A stretch of DNA of 64,000 bases from Myxococcota bacterium (GCA_965223415.1 OZ245002.1:4800001-4864000), one strand, 5' to 3'; shown: positions 35,633 to 45,675, counted from the first letter of the stretch. The notes: a model not told the origin generated them from the sequence alone. Translations and numbers: made by a program.

Positions 35633-36484
35633 ATGTACGAGTCGTTCTTCGGACTCCGCGAGCCGGCATTTTCGCTGGCTCCGGATCCGCGTTTCCTGTG
35701 GCCGTCGGACACCCATGACGAGGGCCTCGCGGCGTTGGTGTACGGGATCACCCGCCGCAAGGGCTTCCTGCTCATCACCGGCGAGGTCGGCACGGGGAAG
35801 ACGACGCTCCTGCGAGCGGCCCTCGACCGGATTCCCGCGGACACCGAGGTGGCCCTGATCCTGAACACCGCCGGGCTGCGCCCGGTGGACCTGCTCAAGC
35901 TGATCGCCACGGAGTTCCGGCTGCCGGGGCCCTTCGACGGCAAGGTGGACTACGTCATTGCCCTGAACCGCTTCCTCATGCAGCAGCTCGAGAGCGGAAC
36001 AAACACCGTTCTGATCATCGACGAGGCCCAGAACCTCGATTCCGAGCTGCTCGAAGAGGTGCGCCTGCTCTCGAACCTGGAGACGGACACGGAGAAGCTG
36101 CTGCAGATCGTCCTCACCGGGCAGCCCGAGCTTCGCCAGAAGCTCGCGGCCCCGAACCTGCGCCAGCTGCGCCAGCGGGTGGCGATCGAGCACCACATCC
36201 AGCCCCTCTCCTCCGACGAGGTGGCGCGCTACCTGGCCCACCGCCTCGAGGTGGCGGGCGGCCGCTCCGAAGAGGTCTTCGAGCCCGGTACCGACGCGGC
36301 TTTCTACGCCTTCTCCGGGGGCTGCCCCCGTCTGATCAGCCTGCTCGCCGATCGGGTACTCCTCGCCGCCTTTTCCAAGCAGGTGAAGCCGGTGCCGGCC
36401 GCCCTGGTCGAGCGCAAGGCGAAGGAGATGGCCGAGGCGCGCCTCCACGACGCTCCGGCCCTCGGCGGGGGCGAGCATGGGTGA
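35633..36484 (+). CDS. ExeA-like AAA ATPase of PEP-CTERM/EPS loci
   Basis: MYESFFGL..PAFSLAPDP, GEVGTGKT, IIDEAQNL, LTGQPEL, GCPRLI. Confidence 0.9.
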   Translation: MYESFFGLREPAFSLAPDPRFLWPSDTHDEGLAALVYGITRRKGFLLITGEVGTGKTTLLRAALDRIPADTEVALILNTAGLRPVDLLKLIATEFRLPGPFDGKVDYVIALNRFLMQQLESGTNTVLIIDEAQNLDSELLEEVRLLSNLETDTEKLLQIVLTGQPELRQKLAAPNLRQLRQRVAIEHHIQPLSSDEVARYLAHRLEVAGGRSEEVFEPGTDAAFYAFSGGCPRLISLLADRVLLAAFSKQVKPVPAALVERKAKEMAEARLHDAPALGGGEHG

Positions 36485-37367
36485 AATCTCGGAAGCCCTG
36501 CGCCGTGCCAAGGGCCAGGAAGCGGAGACGGAGCCCGCGGAGCCGACGCCCGCCGAGCACGTCTACCGCGAGGCCCTGGCCCAGGCGCCGGTGGAGGCCC
36601 CGGCCGAGTCCGGTCCGCCGGTCGAGATCCCGACCGCACCGCCGGACCACGGCCACGGGCGCATCGTCCTGCTCGAGCCGAAGGGGCCGGTGGCGGAGCA
36701 CTATCGCCACTTCGCGATCCGTCTGAACCGCGCCCTCAAGCGGGCCGAGGCCCGCTCGGTGCTGATCACGAGCGCGTCCCGGGCCGAGGGCAAGACCACC
36801 ACCTCCTGCAACCTGGCCCTGGCCCTCTCATCCATCGCCGGCGGGCGCCAGATCGCCTTCGTCGAGCTGGACATCCGCCGCCCGTCCGCATCGGACGAGC
36901 TGGGGGTCACGCCGCGGGTGGGGATCGAGCAGGTCCTCGCCGGCGACGCGCGCCTTGCCGAAGCGCGGGTCACGACGACGCTTCCGGACCTGGACCTCTA
37001 CCTGGCCAGCCAGCCCCGGGAGGACGCGCTCGCGCTGCACTCCGGGCCGCACCTTCCCCCGACCCTCCGCGAGCTCGGCCGACAGTACGACCTGGTCGTG
37101 ATCGACTCGCCGCCGGTGCTCCCGGTGCCCGACGTCCCGCTGATCCTGCAGCACGCGGACGCCGCCCTGCTCGTCGCCCGAGCGGGCATCTCGCGCAAGC
37201 ACGCCTTCCGCGACATGCTGGACGTGCTGGGCACCGAGAAGCTGATCGGCGTTTTCCTGAACCAGTCGGGCACGCCGCGCCACAGTCGCTACTACGGCTA
37301 CTACAGCTACGAGTCCTCCGCCGCCGCCGGCCCGGAGGACGCCGCCGAGAAGGAGCCGGCTTCGTGA
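36477..37367 (+). CDS. CpsD/CapB-type protein tyrosine kinase
   Basis: ITSASRAEGKTT, DIRRP, IDSPP, C-terminal tyrosine cluster YYGYYSY. Confidence 0.88.
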   Translation: MGEISEALRRAKGQEAETEPAEPTPAEHVYREALAQAPVEAPAESGPPVEIPTAPPDHGHGRIVLLEPKGPVAEHYRHFAIRLNRALKRAEARSVLITSASRAEGKTTTSCNLALALSSIAGGRQIAFVELDIRRPSASDELGVTPRVGIEQVLAGDARLAEARVTTTLPDLDLYLASQPREDALALHSGPHLPPTLRELGRQYDLVVIDSPPVLPVPDVPLILQHADAALLVARAGISRKHAFRDMLDVLGTEKLIGVFLNQSGTPRHSRYYGYYSYESSAAAGPEDAAEKEPAS

Positions 37368-38749
37368 GCGAAGAGGATCTCGAGGGAGGCGGACTCCCGG
37401 ATTTCCTGCGCGACCCGACGGGCACCCTTCGCCGCCGCTGGCGGTGGATGGCGTTGGTCCTCGCGACCGGGCTCCTGGCCACCGGCGCGCTGGTGATCTC
37501 GATACCGGTCCAGTACCTGGCGACCGCATCGATCCTGGTGAGCGGGCAGTCGATCCCGGAGGACTTCATCCGCCCGATCGTGGAGGAATCGTCCTTCGAG
37601 CGGATGAACGAGCTGATCAGCGAGATGACCTCGCGGGAGCGCCTGCTCACCCTCGAGAAGGACCACGATCTCTACCCGGCCCTGCGCGGAACGGTCTCGC
37701 CGAACGAGCTGGTGGCCATGGTGCGCTCGAGCATCGAGGTGGGCACCGAGCGGGGCCTCGGCCGCCGGCAGCGCGGCGAGACCTCGAGCATCTACACCGT
37801 CTCGTTCCGGCACACCCAGTCCTCGGCGGCGGCGGCCGTGGCCAACGACCTGGCGGGGGACTTCGAGGCGGTGAGCGTGCGCATTCGCGGCGAGAAGGCC
37901 CGCCTCACCACCCAGTTCCTGCGTGACCAGCTCGTCGAGAAGGAAGCCGAGCTCCAGGCCCAGGAGCGCAAGATCACGCGCTTCAAGGAGCAGTACCGGG
38001 GCGAGCTTCCCAGCGAGCTGCAGTCGAACCTGGCCAAGCTCGAGCGGCTCGCGGCAGAGCGCCAGTCGATCAACGGCGCCATCGCCGAGGCCGAGACCCG
38101 GCTCGCGATGATGTCGGCGACCGGATCCCCCGAGAACCCGAACTCACCTCTCGCCCGCCTCACCTCGCTCAAGAGCCAGCTCGCCGAGCAGACCGCCGTC
38201 TACACCGACGAGCATCCGAACGTGCTCTCCCTGCGCCGCCAGATCGCGACCCTCGAGAAGGAGATCGCCGCGGGGGCCGGCGCCACCGCCGACCCGACCC
38301 GCGCCATCCTGCTTCGCTCGTCGGAGCGCAGCCTCAGCGACCTGCGCGCGCGCCTCGGCGAGATCGCCGTGGAGATCGCCGACCGGGAGGCCCGGGTGGC
38401 CCGCACGCCGAAGCGGGAAGAGGAGCTCAGCGCCCTCGACGACCGGGCCTCGGTGCTCCGCCAGGAGTACCTGGGCTTCCTCCAGAAGGTGGAGGCAGCG
38501 GAGCTGGCCGGGAAGCTCGAGACCGCCCAGCAGGGTGAGCAGATCGAGATCCTGAGCCCGGCCCTGCCGCCGAGCGAGCCCGAGGCCACGCGGCTCAAGT
38601 ACCTGCTGGCCGGTCTGGTCGGCAGCCTCGGCCTGGCCGCTGCCCTGGGCCTGGCCCTCGAGCTGCTCGATCCGGTGCTCGTGTCGGGGGAGCAGATCGA
38701 GGAGCAGTTCGGTCTGCCCGTGCTGGGCTCGGTCCCGCGCATCTCGTAG
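37364..38749 (+). CDS. Polysaccharide co-polymerase / chain-length determinant
   Basis: Two TMs flanking a coiled coil, YTDEHP, PVLGSVP. Confidence 0.85.
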   Translation: MSEEDLEGGGLPDFLRDPTGTLRRRWRWMALVLATGLLATGALVISIPVQYLATASILVSGQSIPEDFIRPIVEESSFERMNELISEMTSRERLLTLEKDHDLYPALRGTVSPNELVAMVRSSIEVGTERGLGRRQRGETSSIYTVSFRHTQSSAAAAVANDLAGDFEAVSVRIRGEKARLTTQFLRDQLVEKEAELQAQERKITRFKEQYRGELPSELQSNLAKLERLAAERQSINGAIAEAETRLAMMSATGSPENPNSPLARLTSLKSQLAEQTAVYTDEHPNVLSLRRQIATLEKEIAAGAGATADPTRAILLRSSERSLSDLRARLGEIAVEIADREARVARTPKREEELSALDDRASVLRQEYLGFLQKVEAAELAGKLETAQQGEQIEILSPALPPSEPEATRLKYLLAGLVGSLGLAAALGLALELLDPVLVSGEQIEEQFGLPVLGSVPRIS

Positions 38750-38757
38750 GAGCATCC

Positions 38758-39501
38758 GTGACGGCCCTGTGGCTCGGCCTGCTCGTGGCCTTCGCCCTCT
38801 CCCCGAGCCTGGCGGAGACCGCCCGCCACCTCGGCGAGGAGCCGTGGAAGAGCTCGGCGCTGGTGGTGCCCCTGCTGCTGGTCGCACTCGCGCGGGTGGA
38901 GCGGCAGCCGGGCGCTCCGCTGCGGCGGGGCGCCCTCGCCTGGATCGCCCTCGCCGTCGCCTGGGAGCTGTTCGCGGCGGGCAGCGGCGTGCTCCGCTGG
39001 TCCCGCCTGTCCCTCGGCCTGGCCGGCTACGGCTGGCTGCGCGCCACCTCCCTCACGCGGCCCGCCTCTGCCGCCCTGGCGTTCCTGGCGGTGCCGATCC
39101 CGAGCTTCGCGAGCCTGCTCACCAGCCCCTTCCTCGAGCACACCTGGGCGCGACTGGCCTCCCAGGTCCTGCCGGGCGTCGGGCCGTACCGGTTTCCGGT
39201 AGACCTGCACCACGGCGACGGCGGCGTTCATCTCACCGTGCTCGGCACGGCCCTCGGGCTCTACGCCGGCCTCCGCTTCGGCCAGCCGCCCCTTCGCCGC
39301 CTGGGCCTCGCCGGGGTCGGCGCCCTCGGCCTGGTGCTCCTCCAGCCCCTGGCCGTCACCCTGGCGGGCGGGATCGGTCAGATGGTCGGCGCCGAGGGGG
39401 GACGGCGCTTCCTCGACTTCGCCCTGCCCTGGGCCGCCGGCGCGGCGGTACTCCTCTCGGTGGAGCGGCGGGCGCCCGGGCCGGCGGAGGCTGCGGCCTG
39501 A
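38758..39501 (+). CDS. Exosortase (EpsH)-like multi-TM protein lacking the catalytic Cys
   Basis: Sits directly before epsI; EPWKSSALVVP and FLAVPIP echo exosortase motifs; no Cys in the protein. Confidence 0.55.
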   Translation: MTALWLGLLVAFALSPSLAETARHLGEEPWKSSALVVPLLLVALARVERQPGAPLRRGALAWIALAVAWELFAAGSGVLRWSRLSLGLAGYGWLRATSLTRPASAALAFLAVPIPSFASLLTSPFLEHTWARLASQVLPGVGPYRFPVDLHHGDGGVHLTVLGTALGLYAGLRFGQPPLRRLGLAGVGALGLVLLQPLAVTLAGGIGQMVGAEGGRRFLDFALPWAAGAAVLLSVERRAPGPAEAAA

Positions 39502-40166
39502 TGGGCGAGCGGATCCTGATGGGCATCCTGGGCCTGGGCCTGGCCCTTGCCGGGGCCTTCGCCTGGTGGCTCACCCTGCGCACACCGCTGGTGCCAGAGC
39601 CCGCATCCCTGGACGCGTTGCCCTTCCAGATCGGCCGCTACCGCGGCGAGCCGATCCCCGTCGAAGACACGGTGGAGTCGATGCTGAACGCCACCCACAA
39701 CGTGCAGCGCGCCTACCTGCACCCGCTGGGCGACGTGATCTGGCTCTACCTCGGCTACTACGGCACGGCCCGCGGCGGAACGCCCGAGCACACGCCGCGC
39801 GCCTGCTACACCGCCCACGGCTGGGAGATCGCGAGCGAGTCCACCATCGTCCGCGATCCGGTCTCGGCGCTCTCGGCCAACGAGTACCTGGTCGAGCTGG
39901 AGGGCCAGCAGCGGCTCGTCGTCTTCTGGTACCAGTCGTTCCGAGCGGCGGACCTGCTCTCGACCTTCGACCTGCGCGTCGACCACATCCGGGGCCAGCT
40001 CGGCACGGGCCGCGGGGACGGCGCCCTCGTGCGGCTCTCGACCCCGATCCGCGAGGGGGACCGGGAGGCGGCGCGAAGCCGGTTGCTCTCCTTCGCCGCC
40101 GAGATCTCCCCGCAGATCAGGCGGCACTGGCCCGCGGAACGGCCCGCCGCTCCCCCGGGCTCATGA
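39501..40166 (+). CDS. epsI: EpsI-family exosortase-associated protein
   Basis: LYLGYY, HTPRACY..HGW, FWYQ, DGALVRLS. Confidence 0.85.
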   Translation: MGERILMGILGLGLALAGAFAWWLTLRTPLVPEPASLDALPFQIGRYRGEPIPVEDTVESMLNATHNVQRAYLHPLGDVIWLYLGYYGTARGGTPEHTPRACYTAHGWEIASESTIVRDPVSALSANEYLVELEGQQRLVVFWYQSFRAADLLSTFDLRVDHIRGQLGTGRGDGALVRLSTPIREGDREAARSRLLSFAAEISPQIRRHWPAERPAAPPGS

Positions 40167-42004
40167 TCCAGCTCAAGCTCGAGCTCGCCCTGGCGACCGG
40201 GGCGCTGCTGGTGGGCCTGGCTCTCTCCGGGCCGCGGGGTGCGTGGACGGAGCTCGCGGGCCTGGCCCGGGCGACCGCGCTCCGGGAGCGGGCGCTCTTC
40301 GCCGGAGCGCTCGTGGTCTTCGCGGCCATGGCGCTCCTCGCGCACGGCGCCGAGGGCGCGCTCCGCCACCTGGCCAGCGCCATCGCCAGCACCCTCGCCT
40401 TCGCCGGGCTCTGGCTCGCGGCCCTGCGCCTGCCCGAGGGTGCCCGTCTGGTGCGCGGCGTGGTCGAAGCGCCGTGCTGGATCCCCGCCCTGGTCGCGGC
40501 GGTCCTCGCCCTGCTCGCCCAGCAGCTCGTGCTGGGCGACGTGCCCCACGTGAGCGACGAGGTCGCCTATCAATTCCAGGCCCGCGCCTACGCCCAGGGA
40601 CGGCTCGGCTTCGACCCACCCGCCCACTTGCGCTTCTTCGAGTTCATCCACACGACGATCGACGGCGGCGTCTGGCACGGCATCATGAACCCGGGCTGGC
40701 CGCTGCTCCTCGCCCCGGGGTTCGCCCTCGGCGTCCCGTGGCTGGTGGGCCCCGTGCTTGCGGGGGCGGCGCTTCCGCTCCTCCACGGCTTCCTGCGCCG
40801 GGCGGGAGCCGGGCGGCCGGTGGCGGGCCTCGCCATCTGGTCCCTCGCCCTCTCGCCCTTCGCCGCCTTCATGGCCGGGACCTACATGGCCCACACGGCG
40901 GGCCTCTTCCTGCTCTCCGCGTTCCTCTGGGGCTGGATCCGCGTGTGGCGCGAAGCGGAGTGGGCCGGTGCCGCCGTCGCAGGCCTGGCCCTGGCGCTCG
41001 GCCTGGCGGTCCGGCCGGTCGACGCGGCGGCCGCCGCCCTGCCCTTCGGTCTGGCCCTGGCGCTCCGCGCCCTGCGACGGCCCCGCTGGCTTCCGACCCT
41101 GCTGGCCATCGGTCTCCTCGGCTCCACCGGCGCCCTCGGCACCTTCGCCTACAACCGGGCGCTCACCGGCGATCCCTTGGTGTTTCCGCAGACCCGCTAC
41201 TTCGAGCAGCGCTTCCCGGGCCAGGGCTTCGGCCTGGGCTTCGGACCGCAGATGGGCAGCAAGGTGCACGGCCCCGAGTGGCCCGGCTACTCGCCGAGCG
41301 ACGCGCCACGGGTCACGAGCCATCGTCTCGTGCAGTGGCTGCGGGACGTCTGGGGCCTGCCCTGGCTCACCGCCGTGCTGATCGGCTGGGCGCTCCTGCG
41401 CCGGGGCGATCCGTTGCCGCTCCAGCTGCTGCCGGCGGCCGCCCTGGCGCTGCTGGCGATCTACCTGGCGCACTTCTACCACGGCATCGCCTTCGGCTCG
41501 CGCCATTACTTCCTGGCGCTGCCCGCCGCCGCCCTGATGCTAGGCGCGGCCCTCGCCCAGGGCCTCTTCTCCGACGCTGCCAGCCGCCGCCGCGCCGGTG
41601 CCGCGGCCGTCGCCCTCGCCGCTCATGGGATCTTCTTCGCGACGCCTCCCCTCGTGCTGGAGTACGGCGACGGCTACCGCATGGCGTCCTCTTCCCTTCG
41701 CGAGGCCGTGGAGGACGCGGAGCTCGAGGATGCGCTCGTGTTCGTGGCCGGTGACCACTGGGGCTGGAAGTCCGGCTTCCCCCTGAACGAGCACCCGATC
41801 GGCCGGGGGACCGTGGTCTACGCCCAGGACCTCGGCGACGAGAACGCGATCCTGCGGGCGGCCTACCCGGACCGCAGCGCCTGGCGAGCGACGCGCCGCG
41901 GCGACGACAGCGTCGTGCTGGAGCCCCTCGCTCCCCGGCTGAACCCGTCTCGGCGCCCGTGCGTGAAATGCTCCCGGCTCGCGAACGCCGACCCCCGGCC
42001 TTAG
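40163..42004 (+). CDS. GT-C (ArnT/PMT-like) membrane glycosyltransferase
   Basis: Multi-TM; DEVAYQFQA, PGWPLLLA, YMAH, VRPVD, GSRHY. Confidence 0.7.
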   Translation: MIQLKLELALATGALLVGLALSGPRGAWTELAGLARATALRERALFAGALVVFAAMALLAHGAEGALRHLASAIASTLAFAGLWLAALRLPEGARLVRGVVEAPCWIPALVAAVLALLAQQLVLGDVPHVSDEVAYQFQARAYAQGRLGFDPPAHLRFFEFIHTTIDGGVWHGIMNPGWPLLLAPGFALGVPWLVGPVLAGAALPLLHGFLRRAGAGRPVAGLAIWSLALSPFAAFMAGTYMAHTAGLFLLSAFLWGWIRVWREAEWAGAAVAGLALALGLAVRPVDAAAAALPFGLALALRALRRPRWLPTLLAIGLLGSTGALGTFAYNRALTGDPLVFPQTRYFEQRFPGQGFGLGFGPQMGSKVHGPEWPGYSPSDAPRVTSHRLVQWLRDVWGLPWLTAVLIGWALLRRGDPLPLQLLPAAALALLAIYLAHFYHGIAFGSRHYFLALPAAALMLGAALAQGLFSDAASRRRAGAAAVALAAHGIFFATPPLVLEYGDGYRMASSSLREAVEDAELEDALVFVAGDHWGWKSGFPLNEHPIGRGTVVYAQDLGDENAILRAAYPDRSAWRATRRGDDSVVLEPLAPRLNPSRRPCVKCSRLANADPRP

Positions 42005-42206
42005 GGCCGAAGCCCGCTTCTCTCGATCGACCAGATCGAGCCGCCGCGACGTCGATGCCGGGGCCGCCCGATCTGCACCCGACCGCCGGGATCCCGAGCG
42101 CCTGGGGCGACGAGGAGCAAGAGCTTTAGGCGACGCGATGTGGGAACCGGCGCGCGGCCCGGCGGCTCGCTCCCGCGCTTCGGTGACGCCGCAGCCCCTT
42201 CGATCG

Positions 42207-43067
42207 TCACAGCCGGTCGTAGGCGGACAGGACCTGCAGGGCCTCGAGGGTCCGGATCGCGCGCCACTCCGCCACGGCCGTCGTCCCGGGCGCGGGCCAG
42301 TCGATCGGCCATCCGCCGTCCGGCTGCTGGTCCGCGGCCAGACGGTCCAGGAAGGCCTCGATGACGGCATCGCGGAAGAACGGTCGGACGGGATGCGCGG
42401 GCGCGGGCGCGAAGTGGAGGGGCGTGTGAACGTCCGGTGAGCCGGATTCTGCGGCGGGATCGACGGGCACCACGCGGCCGTCCCCGAGCGCTTCTCCCAG
42501 CGCATCGAGGAGAGGACGGGCGCGCGCCTGATCGGGCTCGTGGAGGAGGAAGTCCAATGCGGCGTGGGCTTGGTACTGGCTCGCGGGCAGCTCGCCGAGG
42601 GCCTGCTCCCAGCACCAGGCGGCGGCCCGGAGAACCCAGGGATGCTCTGGCAGACACCTCCTCAGGAGGCCGACGAGGCGCCCCGTCGGGTTCAGGTCCG
42701 GCTGGGGGACCGGCCGCCACCAGGGCGCCCGGGGGTAGCCCTCGACCGACGGCAGACAGAACGGCAGGCCCCCTTCCGGCGTGGCGACGGAGCCAAGCCA
42801 ATCGGCGCAGGGGCGCGCCCGCTCGTCGTCGAGGCTCCCGACCTCGTCCAGCACCGCGAGGCCCCAACGCGTGGCCTCGGGCTGGGAGTGCGGCGTCCGG
42901 CAATCCGGCTCCAGGGCCTGCCCGAAGCCGCCGTCCGGGTTCCGAAACGCCGCGAGGGCCCGCTCGACCGCCTCGGCGGATCCGCCGCCGAACCCGTGCT
43001 CGAAGATCCTCCGCTCGAGGACGCGTGCGTGGGTCCACAGGAAGTCGTGCGCTCGTTCGAGGTCCAT
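42207..43067 (-). CDS. Hypothetical protein with prenyltransferase-like alpha-barrel repeats
   Basis: FRNPDGGFGQALEPD, QQPDGGW. Confidence 0.7.
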   Translation of the reverse strand: MDLERAHDFLWTHARVLERRIFEHGFGGGSAEAVERALAAFRNPDGGFGQALEPDCRTPHSQPEATRWGLAVLDEVGSLDDERARPCADWLGSVATPEGGLPFCLPSVEGYPRAPWWRPVPQPDLNPTGRLVGLLRRCLPEHPWVLRAAAWCWEQALGELPASQYQAHAALDFLLHEPDQARARPLLDALGEALGDGRVVPVDPAAESGSPDVHTPLHFAPAPAHPVRPFFRDAVIEAFLDRLAADQQPDGGWPIDWPAPGTTAVAEWRAIRTLEALQVLSAYDRL

Positions 43068-43071
43068 GCCT

Positions 43072-43860
43072 TCACCTCGCCGCGGGTGGGGTCTCGGAGA
43101 GCAGGTCCAGGGTGTGACCGAGCAGCTCGACGCCGCCCGGCTCCCCGTGGCCGGGGACGACGACCCGGGCGCGTCCGTAGCGCCGCTGCAGGGCGCGAAT
43201 CGACGCGGGCCAGGACGAGAGGTCCGCGTCGCGAAGGTTCCCGACCGAGGTGCTCGCCGCCGCGCGGACCATGCAGCTCCCCGCGAGCACAGCGGGCTCC
43301 TCGAGGTGGACGACGGCGTTGTCCACGGTGTGGCCGGGCCCCGGGAAGAACAGCTCGCCGGGCACGCCGAGGGCGTCGAGCCGGAACCCCGAGTCCACGG
43401 CCCGCGCGACGGGGGGCCAGCCGTTCTCGACCGCGATCGCGCCGGTCGCTTGGAGCGCGATGGTCTCGATGCCCCGGGCGTGCACCTCCCGGATCCCGCC
43501 GAGGCGATCGTCGTGGGCGTGGGTGACGACGAGCGCGGACACGGGACCGACGTCCCGCTCGACCCAGTCGAGGACCGCCGCCGTCTGCTCGTCGTCCCAC
43601 GCGGTATCGATCACCAGCGCCCCGCCGCCTGCCGCTCGCGCGACGATCCCGTTCGAGGGGAAGGGCCCCGTGGCCGGGTACCAGCGGAAGGACACGTGGC
43701 GCCACACGCCGGGAGCGACGGGCTGGACGTAGACGTCGTCCCGGAGCGCGGTCGCCCCGCCCGGAACCGGAGGCGCCGAGGTGCAGCCGGGAACGGCCAG
43801 ACCGACCAGACTGACCAGACCGAACGCAAGGATGGAGGCGCCGATGCCGATCGCACGCAA
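43072..43860 (-). CDS. Subclass B1-like metallo-beta-lactamase lipoprotein
   Basis: Lipobox VPGC; SNG, IDTAW, THAHDDRLGG, GPGHTVDN, GSCM, GNL.DA, PGHG. Confidence 0.8.
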   Translation of the reverse strand: MRAIGIGASILAFGLVSLVGLAVPGCTSAPPVPGGATALRDDVYVQPVAPGVWRHVSFRWYPATGPFPSNGIVARAAGGGALVIDTAWDDEQTAAVLDWVERDVGPVSALVVTHAHDDRLGGIREVHARGIETIALQATGAIAVENGWPPVARAVDSGFRLDALGVPGELFFPGPGHTVDNAVVHLEEPAVLAGSCMVRAAASTSVGNLRDADLSSWPASIRALQRRYGRARVVVPGHGEPGGVELLGHTLDLLSETPPAAR

Positions 43861-43947
43861 GCGGGCCAGGGTAGCGGGCCGTCCGCGGTGGGCTCGGCGC
43901 CGGACCGGCTCGCGGCGGGCCTGGCGACAGGCGCCGTCAGCAGCGGC

Positions 43948-45393
43948 CTAGGACCCCAGGCCCAGCCGCCGGGCGATGATCAGCTTCAGCATGCGCAGGG
44001 CCGTGCGCGTCAGGTGGGGCAGGCTCTTGGAATGCTTCGATTCGCCGCCGATGCGCGGGAAGTAGCTCACGGGAATCTCGATCACCCGCTTCCGGGCCCG
44101 CAGCACCTCGATCATCATCTCGGGTGAGAACTCGGGGCCCACGCCGGTCATGCGGTCCCGCACCTGGAGCCAGACGTCCTTCCAGATGCCCCGGTAGGTG
44201 CAGCCGACGTCGGTGTAGCGGGCGCCGCGGCTCCACCAGAGCACCTCCACCAGCTTGCCGACGATCAGGTTCGCCAGGCGCACCATGCCGATCATGTTGG
44301 TGCCCTGCTCGGTCATCTCCCGGGTGGTGCGCGTGCCGATCACCATGTCCGAGTCCTTCAGGTACTCGAGGAACTTGCCCACGTCCTTGGCGCGGAAGGA
44401 GTGGTCCGCTTCGACCACGAGGACGATGTCGCCATCGGCGTGGTCGAGGCCCCAGGCGATCGTGTCGCCGTAGCCCTGGCGCTGCACCACCTCGACCCGG
44501 GCGCCGGCCTCCGCCGCCTGGGCGACGGTGGCGTCCGGCGAGGAGTTGTCGACCACCAGCACTTCGTCGACGAGGGGGCTGGCCTTGAAGTCCCGTACCA
44601 CCGAGGCGATCGACTCCTCCTCCTTGAAGGTCGGGATCACGACGCTCACCCGGGCGTCCTGGAAGGCCATGCTGCGCGCGAAGTAGTTGCCGTTGTTGTA
44701 GTCCTCGACCGAGTTCACGTTGAGGTAGTGGCCTTCGAGCTGGAAGGCGTGGACCGGGGCGCCAGCCCGGGCCGCGCTCCCGACCACGTCCATCAGCTCC
44801 ACCTGCCCGGAGCGGGGGGAGGGCGCAGCGGCGCGAATGCGGTCGAAGATCTCGGGCGTGAAGAGGTAGCTGCCGCAGCCGAGCCAGGAGGTCGGCGGCC
44901 GCTGGGGCTTCTCCTCCAGGTCGACGATCCGGTCGCCCTGGATGCGCACGCTGTAGTTCTTCTGGATGAGCCGCTTGTCCGAGCAGTGGCGGACGGCACA
45001 CACCGCCAGGTAGTCGCCCTCGGGCTCCCGCAGCTCGGCGTGGTTCGAGCCCAGGTAGAGCTCGTCCGCCAGCATCATCACGAAGGGCTTCTCCAGGTGC
45101 GGCTCGGCGAGGAGCATGCCGTTGGCGAGGCCGATCTTGGGCTCGGGGCAGTCGACCCAGATGAGGCGCAGGCCGAGCTGGGCGCCGTCGCCCAGGCGCT
45201 CGCGGATCTGGTCGCCCAGGTGGCCGGTGATGATCACCGCCTCCTCGATGCCCATCTCGTCGCGGAGGATCTCGAGGTTGCGCTGGATCAGCGGCTTGCC
45301 CGCGACCTCGAGCAGCGGCTTCGGGATCCAGCGCGTCTTCGGGTAGGCGCGCATGCCTTCGCCGGCCGCCGGGATGAGGGCAGTGCGGATCAT
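43948..45393 (-). CDS. Nucleotidyltransferase-GT2 fusion
   Basis: IPAAGEGMR..PKPLL..AGKP NTP-transferase N-domain; VSVVIPT, GYG, EAD, TDVGCTYR GT2 C-domain. Confidence 0.82.
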   Translation of the reverse strand: MIRTALIPAAGEGMRAYPKTRWIPKPLLEVAGKPLIQRNLEILRDEMGIEEAVIITGHLGDQIRERLGDGAQLGLRLIWVDCPEPKIGLANGMLLAEPHLEKPFVMMLADELYLGSNHAELREPEGDYLAVCAVRHCSDKRLIQKNYSVRIQGDRIVDLEEKPQRPPTSWLGCGSYLFTPEIFDRIRAAAPSPRSGQVELMDVVGSAARAGAPVHAFQLEGHYLNVNSVEDYNNGNYFARSMAFQDARVSVVIPTFKEEESIASVVRDFKASPLVDEVLVVDNSSPDATVAQAAEAGARVEVVQRQGYGDTIAWGLDHADGDIVLVVEADHSFRAKDVGKFLEYLKDSDMVIGTRTTREMTEQGTNMIGMVRLANLIVGKLVEVLWWSRGARYTDVGCTYRGIWKDVWLQVRDRMTGVGPEFSPEMMIEVLRARKRVIEIPVSYFPRIGGESKHSKSLPHLTRTALRMLKLIIARRLGLGS

Positions 45394-45403
45394 GGTGTTG
45401 GGC

Positions 45404-45431
45404 TCATCGGCGCCACGACCCGGAGAGCTTA
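45404..45431 (-). promoter_or_regulatory. Sigma-28-like promoter
   Basis: Minus strand TAAGC-N15-GCCGATGA, 10 nt before ATG 45393. Confidence 0.55.
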
Positions 45432-45495
45432 CCCGGTCCGCATCGGCCGGGCGGACGCGGCCCCGGGCGCCGGCCGGCGAGGCTCCTACACTCGA

Positions 45496-45675
45496 CGCCC
45501 GAGCCCGTCACCGATGCCCGCCGCCCGGGGGGCGCCCGAGCCCGTCACCGATGCCCGCCGCCTGGGGGGGCGCCCGAGCCCGTCACCGATGCCCGCCGCC
45601 TGGGGGGGCGCCCGAGCCCGTCACCGATGCCCGCCGTCCGGGAGGCGTACGAGCCCGTCACCGATGCCCGCCGCC
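45496..45675 (+). repeat. 37/38-bp tandem repeat, about 4.8 copies, with variable poly-G
   Basis: Core CGAGCCCGTCACCGATGCCCGCCG; units at 45496, 45533, 45571, 45609, 45646. Confidence 0.95.

Noticed and set aside
43795..43825. 9-bp repeat in the beta-lactamase signal peptide
   Set aside because: Short, in frame, and explained by repeated LVG/LVS codons.
45496..45675. Possible CRISPR array
   Set aside because: Inter-core segments are only about 13-14 bp and nearly identical; this is a tandem repeat.
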